NCBI GenBank assembly: GCA_040954595.2
Contig: CM082589.2
Coordinates: 2,039,498-2,103,497, forward strand
Length of the DNA stretch: 64,000 nt
Reading direction: 5' to 3'
From: Balanoglossus misakiensis
Taxonomy: Eukaryota > Animalia > Hemichordata
The stretch's first letter is position 1, and every line of letters starts with the position of its first letter. A program made the position numbers and the translations under genes. This document shows positions 32,958-46,000 of this stretch, piece by piece. The notes under the pieces are model-generated. The model ran no database searches and had not been told where the DNA came from. It saw only the letters and a program-made list of their open reading frames with translations.

Positions 32958-33728
32958 TGCTGGGGTTACACGTGAATAATTTTAAACCTGAGTTGATCGG
33001 ATTTGTCGCTCTGTAAACATTCCTTATCAGCGACTTAGGAGAACGCTCGTTTACACGTCAATTTACAAGCTCTAAATTTAGTTCGGGTCAAGCGCCCTCA
33101 GCGGTATTCACTGGGCTAACTCAACTTAACCACAATCGCCAAAATGGCCGACGTAAACATCGCACAGCTGTTCTCCACCCTCTTTTTGTGTTCAATCAAT
33201 CAATCGAGACGCTTTCGGCGAAGATATTTACTAGGAGAGAATTTTGACGGTCTAACCCCGCCTGATGTCGACATCCCACTCATTTTAAGATCAATGAGTC
33301 GCCGTCAGAGAAGATGACCAAGTTTACGTTTCCTTTTCCTGTGTCTCAGTTATTTTAATGCCTGCACTGCAATCAACAAATCTCTTTCCATTGAGTGCAA
33401 ATCACCGACCGGGAGTCGCTTTCAATGCAAATTGTAACCAAGCGCAGCTAATAACACAAAAAGAGGTTTTACATCCCCTGTATCCCCTCTACAGAAACCT
33501 TGAACTAACGCAAACAAGCTTTAGTGCGGTGTTTAGTTCGGCGATCGGGTCACACGTGTGAAGAGGTCATTGTTTAAGACGGCGCACCGTACCTGAACCA
33601 CCCCTCCGACTCCGGATTATTTTAATGCGGTGTTAGTCCGGAGTTGTCTGGTCACACGTCAAACTGACACCGGGTTAAATTTAATCCGGTGTCAGGTCCG
33701 GAGTAAACAGGCACGTGTAACCCCCCCT
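32958..33728. mobile_element. PIF/Harbinger-like MITE (about 770 bp)
   Basis: TIRs TGCTGGGGTTACACGTG (32958-32974) and CACGTGTAACCCCCCCT (33712-33728), with a perfect 13-bp core. 3-bp TSD ACA on both sides. Internal repeats of T(T/C)ACACGT (~33051, 33550, 33652) and a near-perfect 32-bp palindrome at 33664-33695. Confidence 0.75.
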
Positions 33729-34352
33729 ACAGACCTGTACAGCAGAACATAATATGTTTAACAACCATGTATTTGCTGGCAGAGATCGGTGCCAGTGCCT
33801 GCACAAAACCTGTCGCATGGGCAAAACTTTTTTGCTGTGTATTGAATTTCAACTGGTGGAGTTGAGGGTAACCATGACAGCCTATATCAGTGTGGTCTTT
33901 GCGTTCACAAGAAAACATCGTTGGTCTCGGCATGGAGTAGCTCCATTTAAGGGTCAAGAGCCAAAAAGTGTGCGATGACGTAATACCTGATACGTAGGTG
34001 TTAGACAGCTACGGTTAATTTTGCGTAGTACTGACAACGATCGCGATTTTTGTTCGCTCTGGTTGGAAAACACATAAAGAAATAGTTTACACCGAAGCCC
34101 CTCCCGAGATCACGCATATTCCCCTAATTCAAGATACATGTACACTGGAACGTGTTGTTCTGTTTATTTTAAAAGAGATTCGATGATAGAGATATCGCCT
34201 TTTTAAAGTAGTTCATTCTAAACAATGCAATCGTATCTATATAAAGAGAATAATAGTCTTTTCGTGATTATTCAAGCAATTACGACATCTGTAAAACCCA
34301 TGCTGCAGGGACCCTTGCTTGTACCACGTGAATTTGCCTCATAGACCACATG

Positions 34353-34473
34353 ATTGGCATATGCAGATACATCGCCTAGGCAGAATAAACCTATGAAGAT
34401 TGGACTATTGGTCAATAATCAACCACTCAACGTATCTGGGCTGGGGGAAACCAAAGGTTTTAATTTATAAAAG
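34353..34473 (+). promoter_or_regulatory. Candidate core promoter of ENPP copy 1
   Basis: Three inverted CCAAT boxes (ATTGG at 34353, 34399, 34407) followed by TATAAAAG at 34466-34473, about 160 nt before the ATG. A competing splice acceptor at 34607 weakens this. Confidence 0.35.
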
Positions 34474-34631
34474 AGTGCTGAGCCTAATGTTTGCCGCTGG
34501 AGATTGTGTCCGGTGAAGCTATCAGGAAATCAGGGAGATATAGATACAATAATGGAGGCAGGCTCCTACTTCCATGATATAATGATTCCGTTTTATCCCC
34601 TCGCCAGGATAATGTGTATAGTGGTATTATC

Positions 34632-37600
34632 ATGGAAGAGATGCAAGATATCTCATCCTCAGTAAGTATTTAGTTTTGTTTGTAACGCGCGCTGCACGCG
34701 GGATCGTTATGGAGAAGGATCATGAGGAGGAAACTCTTATCCAATCAGAGTTAACTTTGTTTCCCCGCCAAACTTACTTGTAGCAGATTTATTGAAATTT
34801 TAGAGCGTTTACTCCGGCGTTCGTAACGTCTATATTTAACCCTGTTTTGCGCTCAGTGGGTTATTCCGTTGGTGGAATCGGATGTTTTGCCTGGCACTAA
34901 ATCGCTCGCTTCTTTTCCGACGTCAGTATACTCGAACCCCCTCCCGGGAGTATAGATCACTGCCACAATACTCCCCTACAGTCGCGTAATTGCCTGGTAG
35001 GTACACATGCTACTAAAACAACTGTGATTTTTAAAAGTATACTATGAAACGTACATCAACAGAAACGTGATCACATATGCGACGCCGCAGTATGATTTTG
35101 TTTCGAGAGAACATCTTATGTTTCTAGGACAAATTTAACACGGTCACTGAAGATGATCAGCAGGGAGTGTTCCGTACGCAGCTCACTTATTTTCACACAA
35201 TTTTCCTTCGGTTAGTTTTTAAAGTGCGGTGATTTTCAACTGATTTTCTTGTTTCCAGAAATCTACAACAAGGCGATCGGTTTTGATTGGAGTAAGTATC
35301 CTTTTAGGTATATTTCGTGATTGTCAACGGATACATATATTGAGAGTTCAAGAAAGCTTCACGAAATGGGGACTTTCAGTTGAAACAAATATTAGTGGTC
35401 GTTTACTTCCATTTTTGATGTGTAAAATAATTGTAAAGTTTATTTTGGGAATGGATGGGGCAGAGTGTTTAACTGTGCACACCTTATGTACAAGAGTAAA
35501 CAAATCACTCGTTATCGAACAATGGCGTACGTTTTAAATACTTTCTGGAATATAGAGAATTTCTTTGATAGAAATTCTGTAACTTTGGTTAAATTGAGTA
35601 TTTCTATATGTGCACTTAGGTTCTTCTGGTCATCGTGTCTGCTGGTGTTGGCATTGGAATTGGATATGCCATTTTTGTGTCACAGTCAGAAGACCCTGTT
35701 CTGCGAACACCTCCGCCAGGTGAGTGTTCGTCGGTGTCTCGCCCAGCGAACGCTGCGAAAAGGTCAATAGGTCACTTCCATGACCCCTATATGACCTTAC
35801 ATCCTTGTACTTCCGTTCTGGGTTTGTCAAAATTCAACATTAATCGTATTCATTTGCATACGTGTTTATGTTAATTCCCAGGTGAACCCGGGAGTAGTGC
35901 ACCAATCACTGATTACGATTCGTGGCTGGAAGCACCGTGTAATGGAAATGACGAACCACAGTGTCCGGCTGGGTGAGTTATTGCGTCAAAAGAATGTCAT
36001 GCCCACTCACTTGTGGGAATGATAGGATATTGTTACTAACGTGTCATGTTGTGAAATATTCTGATACAATAATATGGTTACTGCTGGAATATGCTTATTT
36101 AGATATATAATTTCAAGGCGTACTCTGATTACAATGATTAGTATCATGCAAGTTCAATGAAAACTGTCTAAACTGAACCCTGTCTAATATGGACACGTAT
36201 TGACTGGTCGTATTCACTGCAGGTATGAGAAGCGCCCTCTAGTGATTCTCTCGCTTGATGGATTTCGTGCTGATTATCTTCTGCGGAACGTTACTCCAAA
36301 TATTGCCAAAATAGGTAGGATTGCCAGTGGTTTGAAAAGTGAAAAATATATTTGTTTTAAGAGCAATCGACACATTTAGATTTAAAAACAGTACAACAAC
36401 AACAACAAAGTGGCATAAGATTGTCCAAAAAAGTGTCTTTGACATAAGCTGTGACCTTTTTATGACACCAGTCGTGCTAGTCTACTCTGAACTGCCATTG
36501 ATCGCCAAATTCAGCTGATATCGCCATTTCCTTTTTAACTTCCAGCCAACTGCGGTGTGCATGCGCCCTCTATGCGACCTGTGTTTCCCACATACACATT
36601 TCCGACGCACTACTCTATTTCAACGGTAAGGCCAAAGTTTCAAAATTCAACTTTTAGAGGTTGGTTGCCACAAGTGGATAATTATTTATCTTTTACATGC
36701 ATATAATTTCCCATTTACAAGAATCGCTTCTAGACTCGCTCAATGGAAATTCTTCCCTTTTGTTTCCCAGGGACTATTTCCTGAGTCGCATGGAATTGTA
36801 GCAAACAACATGTACGACCCAGAATTCAACGCTGTGTTCAGTTTAGGTAGTGATGAGTCGATGAATCCAAGATGGTGGGGAGGCGAACCAGTAAGTTTAA
36901 CAGCGTCATGAACATTCATCTCCAAACCTCATGTCAACCACGGCGATTGGAGCGACGAGAGGAAAAAGTTGAATATTATGCTCAATAGAGACACATTCGA
37001 TGAGTTGACAACACAAGCACACACGATACGGGTACAACACTGAAATGTACCAGAATGTGATTTGACTCAATTTCATGTTAACACAGTTTCCCTTTTCCTT
37101 TCTAATCACGTTTCTTATATCATTTCCCTTGCAAACAAATTAGATTTGGGTGACGGCCGAAAAACAAGGTTTACGCTCTGCTACCTACTTCTGGCCTGGT
37201 TCTGATGTGGAGATTGGAGGTATTAAAGGGTGTTGAGTGATGTTTAAATATGATGAGTGAGAATGCTTGACTCAAGGGTTTGTATTTTGATGGAACACTG
37301 AATGCAGGGTACGAGAACTGCATTGTATGTTTGTGTGGTTGCCATTGCAACCAACAGGTACTATCTGTCTAATGTTTATGATAACACACCTATTCATGTC
37401 CATATGTTTATTGCAGGTGTGAGACCCACCTACTACTATAAGTATGACGGGTAAGTACATCTGAGCACATGCATGTAGTTCAAGTTTTATGGCACCATCT
37501 CAGTTGAACTTTTTTGGGGGGGGGGGTTGTAAAATTAAGGTATTATGATCTTTAATCCAAATTCTTCAATTAAATAATACTGACACTAAAAAGTTGTTAT

Positions 37601-40600
37601 TGGCTAGCTGTGAAATTGACTGTTGATTAATATTTCCAAATGCATGTATATACATGTACTTGGGATACATTGAACACATGTAAACATACACATAGATGCA
37701 TGCATACATTTTTATCCATTTCCAATTTTGTTGACAGTGACACAAGTTACGAACAACGGGTGGATACTGTGTTGAGTTGGATATCAATGCCTGAAGAAAA
37801 AAGGTAATGTGGTTAATCTGCAATGTGCAGGAACTGACAATGTTAGTATATGGTTGTATATACAACAGGCAGTTTACATGATTGGAAGTTGAGATCTAGC
37901 CAATCACAGGTACAGCTGTGTATTTATTTCATCTTAAATAATTCTTCTCTCTGCAGACCGGATTTCATAACTTTGTATTTTGAGGAACCGGACTATATTG
38001 GACATGATGGGGGACCCTACGATGCTGATGTGAGTAGATAAGCTGATATACATCCACTGCCTGCCTGCCTGCGTTCCACCTGTCTGTCCCTTCTCATTGT
38101 ACTTCCAGCTTTCGAGTAGCAGACTGACTATCAAATAAGCAAATTATTGTCTATCACTGCCAATTGCCCTATCAATGCCTGTACCAACCATGTATGGTAA
38201 CTTCTAGTACTTACATCTTGTTTATATATCCTTATTCCACATATTTTATGCTTTAATAGGTGAACGAGATTTTAAGTGGTATAGTGGACAAGACTGTGGG
38301 TAATTTAATGGACGGAATGGTGAAGTTGGGTCTTCATAATTGCGTTGACCTGATTGTGATAGCAGACCATGGTATGACTGAGCTCAGCTGCAATAGAGTG
38401 TTCTTTATGGGAGATGTAAGTTACAGTTTCTCACTTTTTTCAACACAACAAATTGCCACCAATGTGTCAATGTCTTTGCTTATCGTGGTTACGTTATCTT
38501 TTTTACAGCATGTTGATACATCAGACTACTACTACAGACTGGGGGCAGTGACGCGTTTGGACCCGAAGTCGAATGGTATGTGGCATCCACATTTGATGGT
38601 ACAATGTTATAGTATTTGGTAGAAGTTACTTGCTACTGCAGAGTACTCCAGTTCGAAGTACAGCGTATCACAGAACACAGTCATAATTTGAGACCCAGAG
38701 TGAAAAATTAAAGAAATGGTCCCTCCATATACATGTACATGCATGTAATCTAAACACTTTTCATACTTTTTTGTTTGCTTGCGGTGTAGCTGACCTGTCC
38801 GAGCCTGATGAAGTTGTTGATGCTATGCAGGTAAAATTGTACTCCTGAATGTGCAACTCATTTACTACCCCTGTCTTTTGATTGAGTGAAACTGTACAGC
38901 TCGTACAAACTTAGACTTTCTCACAGCCACTCTCGCCGTCCATGCAGGCTTATGGTCTGATTGCATGCATGCCCGGCGAGAGGTTTGCTACACAACATCA
39001 TATGGTGCTTCTCCTTTGCTAAACGGTTGAGGGCACATCAGTGAAGAGCCTTGTAGTGAAGCGTGGGCTGTGAGAGAGTCTTGCACAAACTTTGCCATTA
39101 ACTTCCAGTGCCAAGAAGATAATGTAACACCCTACGTGAAGTGGGAGCTCCCTAAAAATTGGCACTATGCCAACAATCGACGAATTGAAGACATCGTTAT
39201 TATTGCCGATGATGGCTGGACAATTTCTCTGTGAGTAATATTAATCTACCGGATGGTATTAAAGTAATCTCTCTCTTTACGGCAAGCAGAGACTTTCTCG
39301 GACATCATTAAACCTCAAAAAAGTAATGTAGATTTCAAATGGTAGTAAAATGCTCCATCGCTTCCTTTTAATCATGTGCGCGCATATACTAATTACATCA
39401 TTTGTGTCTTACAATATAATATGAAATATGTAATTTTGTTCTGAATGGCCTCTAATTTGTCTTTGATTCCCACTTCCCAATGAATATTTAAGGCTACTTA
39501 AAGGTCAGTACTTCTGGATGTGACTTCAATGTTTCAAACAATAATTTGCCATATCTGTCTTCTTTCAGAAATAACGATTCGTCTTACAGTGAAAACTACT
39601 GCAGTGGCGGAACCCACGGCTATGATAATAAATATATGAGTATGGCAGTAAGTGTGGTCATATTGTGGTAAAAACGTTCATGTATCTGCTGATTTTGTTT
39701 CCAAAACACTTTCCCTGTCCAGAACTACTGATCTGGGCATGGTATCAATAATGCACTGGGTTATAGAATTTATGTAAAGGGTGTCATAGAAGAACGAATC
39801 CCCATGCTTCAATAACACAGGCAGTGAAACACGGCCGTACATTTTTAGAGAAAAATAGGCTTCGTAAGTTTTATCGATATCTCATTTCCCTCTTTGACAG
39901 TCTTTGTTCGCGGCCCATGGACCGTCTTTTAAACAAAACCTTCAAATCGACACCTTCTTGAGTATTGAATTATATCCACTCATGGCAGGTAGGTTTCTTT
40001 CTTGCCTATTTCATCCTATAATGGTGGCTTAGTCTGTACTGATGGCATTTTCAAAACCACAACAAGATGCCTGTTTTAGTTAGTAATATTTTGCTCAATG
40101 CCATCATGCAGATATTTTGGATGTGGAGCCAGCCCCAAACAATGCCACCAGAGGAAGTCTAAACCACATCTTAAGAAATCCAAAACCGATTGAAGAACCC
40201 GATAAGACAGAGACCACAGCGCCAAGTGATTGTCCATATCCGTCAGACTATAACCAGAGAATTGAGATGGATGCATCGAATTGTACTTGTGATTCCCTTA
40301 TGGTAAGATATTGGGCTGGGGGTCATATGCTGTAGTTAGTTAGTCAACAACAACAACAACAACATTTCAATATTGCTGAACGGCAACTCATTCTTTTCCT
40401 CAGAACCACACCGGAAAATCAATCGAAGAATTTGATCAGCAACTGGACCTAACTTCAGGGGAAAGTAAGTGCACAATACAGTCATTTTGTGAATGATTGA
40501 CACGTTGGATCATGGTTTCACAGTACACGTACAGGAGGAAAAATTAGTCAAATGACCAATTACGCTTTGAAGTATAGTGCTATACTGCATATCGAATCGA

Positions 40601-42474
40601 GTCATGATTAATAAATACAACATTTCTCCGGTTTCAGTGGAGACTTCATTGAAGTCAAACGCGCCGTTCGGGCGCCCTCTAGTGAAGTACAGCTCGAACG
40701 TTTCGACGTCACACTGCGTCTTGACGCAGACGAACTACGTCACTGGTTACAATCATGACTTGAAGATGCCAATGTGGGTGTCTTACACCATTGAAAAACA
40801 GGTATGTTAACAAGATAGTTATTAAATGAGGGGTTTCCTTGTAATCGAGTCCGAGGGGCGCGATGAAAAATTGACAATAGAGGCTAGAATTTAGACAGAT
40901 CTGTTGGTGGACTTTTTCTGTGACTCTGAAGGATATCAAATGGCCCAATCTCAATTGAACTGACAGTTTTCTATTTTTGAATTATGTCCAGACAGACCGT
41001 CAACTCTTAGCACCACCTGAGCATTGCGTCCGACCTGATGTGCGGTTACCGACAGAACATTCACCAGACTGCGATGACTATACGAGGGCTTCCGAAATCA
41101 ATGCAACAAAATCATTTCTGTACCCTCCAGGTAAGGGAACCTCCTGTCATGTACTAGAACTGAACCAGGCTTAGCTAATCGTCAAATAAAGCTTGTCCAT
41201 TGAACATGATTTTTGGCATTGGCCAAAAATTTAATGATTTGAGTATTCATGACATATGTACATGTACATACAGGGTGTGAGTTGACTGTTTCTCAAATAT
41301 GTCTTTCCTTCGTTCAGGAGTTAGTAGCACCATAGAAGAGCAAATGGACGCCATGATTTCATCAAACTTGGTACCACAGATGGAAAATTTTGTGTCGGGT
41401 AGGAATAAGTCAATGGCCATGCAAATAAAAGAACCCGTGTGTTCCGAACAGGCAATTAAAATGTAAAATGAGACTAAAATGTTTCAATTTCAAACTTTCA
41501 GTGCATAATGGGATCATATTATTGGAAATGTCAAGCCACTCAGAATATGACACGCGCCCTCTGGGGGACTATTTGCAATTACTATATCAAACTCTGCTTT
41601 TGTTCACTCCCGTTACATGTCTATGTTTGTAGACCTATGGAGAGAACTGGAGAAGAAGCTGTTGGTTTGGGCCGATAAGTATAATGGTGTCAATGTCATT
41701 TCCGGTCCTGTTTTTGACTACAACTACGACAGTTTGCGGGACAACGCGGAAGTGATGCAACAAAATGGGTAAGCTGTATCTCAGGGTCAAACGTCGAATT
41801 GCAAAAGTTGACATTCGTTAATATTGAGAGAATGTAAAGTGAAAACCGAAAACTATCCCAAATATCTCATTTTTCTGACGATGATAATATTTCAGATATC
41901 ACATTATTCCTTTCAGGATCATTTATGGAGATCTTGTCATTCCCACCCACTACTTTGTTATCATCATGCGTTGCCACGGAGACAAACCTATCGACACATG
42001 CGAGGATACTGTAGAATCATTATCTTTCATCATATCAAACACCAATGGTATCAAAACCTGCCAGGTAAGTGATGAGAGCGAAAGTGGGACTTTGCAGACA
42101 TTTCCAACCCAAAATCAACCCGCTGCTGACCTATCGAGATCATTTCTAATTGGCCAATTTCTTTCTCAAATTCGTTTTGAAATGTATACTCGGTTCCTGA
42201 ATCCTGTAAACATGTAAGGTTAGATCATTGCCCCTGGTTCATTTGATGGACATTCTGTTGAGATAAATGTTAACCTCACAATGGCAGATGTTTTCAAAAT
42301 TGGGTTTATTGTCCACTTGCCATCCTGCAGGCCACAAACCGCTATCTGCAAACCCAACTCGCTACAATCCGGGACATTGAAGTCATTGCTGATTTGCATA
42401 TGCTACCTGACATGCAAGTGGAGAAGGCCATTGCCCTGAAGAATCACCTCTCAGTTGAACTCTGGGAAGAATGA
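34632..42474 (+). CDS. ENPP1/3-like ectonucleotide pyrophosphatase/phosphodiesterase, tandem copy 1 (about 25 coding exons)
   Basis: Exons include 34632-34661, 35259-35291, 35620-35719 (TM), 35882-35972, 36223-36314 (SLDGFR), 36546-36625 (PTYTFPTHY), 36771-36890 ([16 protein letters not shown]), 37144-37219 (FWPGSD), from 37957 (EEPDYIGH), from 38260 (ADHGM), from 39569 ([11 protein letters not shown]), from 41633 ([11 protein letters not shown]-hand), 42331-42474 (TGA). The start is uncertain: an in-frame acceptor at 34607 could imply an upstream exon. Confidence 0.93.
38912..39082. mobile_element. MITE (about 170 bp) in an intron of ENPP copy 1
   Basis: Inverted termini TAGACTTTCTCACAGCCAC ... 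GTGGGCTGTGAGAGAGTCT, flanked by a 9-bp direct repeat GTACAAACT / GCACAAACT (1 mismatch). Confidence 0.7.
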
Positions 42475-43009
42475 CAAACTGAAGGAATGATTATAATCTT
42501 GTTTATGTTTACGCTAACCACGTATTAGAAACCAATAATTTGACGCAGATTATTTCAACATAATTTCCACCACTTTTAGCCAAAAACACCTGCGTGTGTA
42601 TTATAAATGTTAATTTTAACATGAAGATTAAAATAAATTTTTGTTTACTACAATTTAATCCGGTAAATTTGGGCGCATTTAGGAACGTTTCAGCCACTAT
42701 TCCTGATATTTCCATGGAAGTCTTGAGTAGACCAAGTGTTCAGTTGCGCTACGTGATGTTAATGATAAGTGTTCAGTACATTGAACATTTCTCATTCTCC
42801 AGGCTGGAGGTTCATGAGCTGACAAATGTAGAATATATATGTCCCAGCTGTAAAAACCTACAGCTTTATGGGTCATCCGCTCGCATTGATTTATTGGAAG
42901 ACTCGCACTGGGTACATACCGTGCGTCAGACCAAGCGTCCACTTTTTGGTCATACTGTGTGCAAACGCTTGTTACCGTCTGACGTGATCCCTCCTTACAG
43001 AACTACAAA

Positions 43010-46000
43010 ATGTCCGACAAGGTAAGTTAACAGACACTGGTGAACACTTTATCAGAAAAACTGAAGTTTCACAGAAGTAATTGTTGCCAATTATTCTGTG
43101 CCAGAACTCGCTTCTTCACGTACACTAATCAAATTCTATGGTGACTACTCTAGGTGTGTGTGTCTTGTCTATGTATACATATATTCTGTGTGGAAACTGG
43201 TAATGTAAAAGTAGGTGTACAATGTTAGTGACCATAGGTGGTTATATATATTACATGGTTCTTTGCCTTAGGAGATTGTCAGTTGGCTTTGGACTATAAG
43301 CCCTGGAATATTTAGATCTCCTCATTGGCCCACCTTGACCTTGACTCAAATTGATCACAATTGTTTAAGCACAGGTTAAACTGGAAAGACCAAGCTGGTG
43401 CCAATAAACCTGTCAACAAGCAAAGTTAAGAACCAACAGCAAACATCTTCAACTGGATGTCAAACAAGGCGCCTGACATGGAAATTGCCCTCGTCTCAGA
43501 TTCCTTCGTTGGGGGATAAATGTTGAACAGCGGTAGAAGGTCAAAAGTTGTGAACCTTTCACAATAACCACAAACCAATCAGTGGTTATTACTTTATAAC
43601 AGGGGCTGTATTTTACACTCTAGATTTGCCAGGGAAGCAGTACAGGTATATGTGATTAACGTTCAACCTGCCAAGTTTTATTGTTGAGTTATGCTATGAT
43701 CCAACCACTGCACCAATTCGGCGTGTGAAATATGATAGGCCACCACTTCAAGCTTATTGTATTGTACGTCAAACTCATGCTTTGTAGAAACTAGGGTGAA
43801 AATCCTGTGGGCCTTCTGGCCGTTTTTCTTCTTCTTCAGGCAAACGTGTTTACTGGTCTGACTTTCAGCGACAGTCTTAATGATATCAGCAATTCAGATC
43901 GGGTGAGGCCAATTTAACTTTCTTTGTTGCCTTAGTACTCTAAGGTTAATGACGTCCGTCCTCTACCAAGATATATATGGTGAAGTTCACTGACAAACTT
44001 TTTTGGAAATCACATGCATCGTCAAATTAATGACAGTTTATGTTTCTGTCTTTTCAGAAAGCAGCAAGTAAACGTACCATAGTTCTTGTGGTAAGTCGTT
44101 TCATTTTGTTTGATTCCTTTTAATCTTTTAGAGTTTATTTGCAATTGTCACACATGACATCAAGAGCACCATTAGTACAATAAAAAAACATATTTTGCTG
44201 CTTTACAGGGTGTACTCATTCTGTTGGCTGCTGGTATCGGCATCGCCATTGGTTATGGTATCTTTCATAGTTCAACTCCTGGACCAGGTTGGTAAAATTT
44301 ATTGTACACTACTACTGCATTTATAATTTAATTTTGGTGACATCTTAAAATATCACTCATTTACTGCATGTTGTGTGTTGTGTGTATACATTCTGCAGTG
44401 CCAACAGCTGGAAACCCTGGCAGCAGCTCCACCCAGCAACCAGACCCCAGTTATGATTCGTGGTTGGATGTTCCCTGTAACGATTACGGGGAGCCACAGT
44501 GTCCCTTTGGGTGAGCTCTTCCAGCATTGTGCTGTCTAACACTACAGCCAGATCTTATTTAGGTTCCGATTATGATTTTAGCTTTAATGTATAAAGTTGA
44601 CCTTCATGCTCTTTAATAAAAGTTATAGTTCAGTTATTATTTAATCGATATTAATTTTCACAGGTATGAAAAACGGCCTCTAGTGGTCGTATCCTTGGAT
44701 GGTTTCAGGGGAGACTACTTGGGCCGAAACGTTACCCCAAACATAGAGAAACTAGGTGAGACAAAGATACTTACAAGTTATCTATATTAGATGCACAGCA
44801 TGTACCTGAGTGCATACTCTGAATTTTGCTCTCACTTTTGACACCCTTCCAATTTCAGCCAATTGTGGAGCGCACGCACCATACATGCGCCCTGTGTATC
44901 CGACCTACACCTTTCCGAATCACTACAGCATAGTAACGGTGAGCTCGATAAATTTTTATTGATATAGTGATGGTTAAAACTGTTTTTTGCTTGTTTCACC
45001 TACATGTATAATTGATTTGCATGTATAATGATAGTAAATCGGCCATATTCGCGTCATAGGAAAATTGCCAGAAAAAAATCTTTGCATTTAATGATTTCTA
45101 GCTATATGTATAATGGTAACTTTTTGTTAAACTACACACAATATTAAACTGAAATCTACATCTCTCTCTCTCCCCCACAGGGTCTGTTCCCTGAATCACA
45201 CGGGATCATCGCGAACAGCATGTACGACCCGGTTTTCAGAACGGTGTTTAGCTACGGAAACGCCGAAGCCAAGAAATCGCGTTGGTGGGGAGGAGAACCG
45301 GTAAGTTAAAGGTTCCCACTTAAGAATCAAATACTAGCATGATAAATTACAATGTACCATACGACTCAGCCACATCCTTTAATTTTTCCGTTTCCTTTCC
45401 TTTTGAGCCAGATTTGGGTAACTGCAGTCAAGCAAGGTCTGCGGTCTGCTTCGTTTTTCTGGACTGGTTCGGACGTAGAAATCGCAGGTTAGTCAACATG
45501 CAGAGTCTATGGTCGAGTATGAATTATGCACTTCAGTGTTCGTGGGGCTATATACACTTCTGTAAGTTAAACACAAAATTTCCGAACATGTTCAGATTAT
45601 CCAGTGGGACAAACAACAAATGCGTTGGAAAATTCAAGCTTCTGAGAACAAAATGCCTGTAATTTTGATTCTGCATTTGATTTCAGGAGTACGACCGACA
45701 TATTATTTTAGCTACGATGGGTGAGTTTGGTTAAGAATTTAATTCCATCTTGGCTCACAAGTCTTTCAGATCATGAGACTTACTATCCAGTGTTGTATGT
45801 ATACATGTACACTGATTGGAAAACTTGACCCGGGTCAAGTAAATCTGCAGTTTTTTTAAGAGTACTTACTCCATGCATCTTGTGTGTTACTTTATATTTT
45901 TAAACCACAGGGAATTCAGTTTGATAAATTATAATGCTCTCTTAATCTCAATGTTCACAATCTGCATGGTACATATTTGACTACCATTTTTGATGAATTT

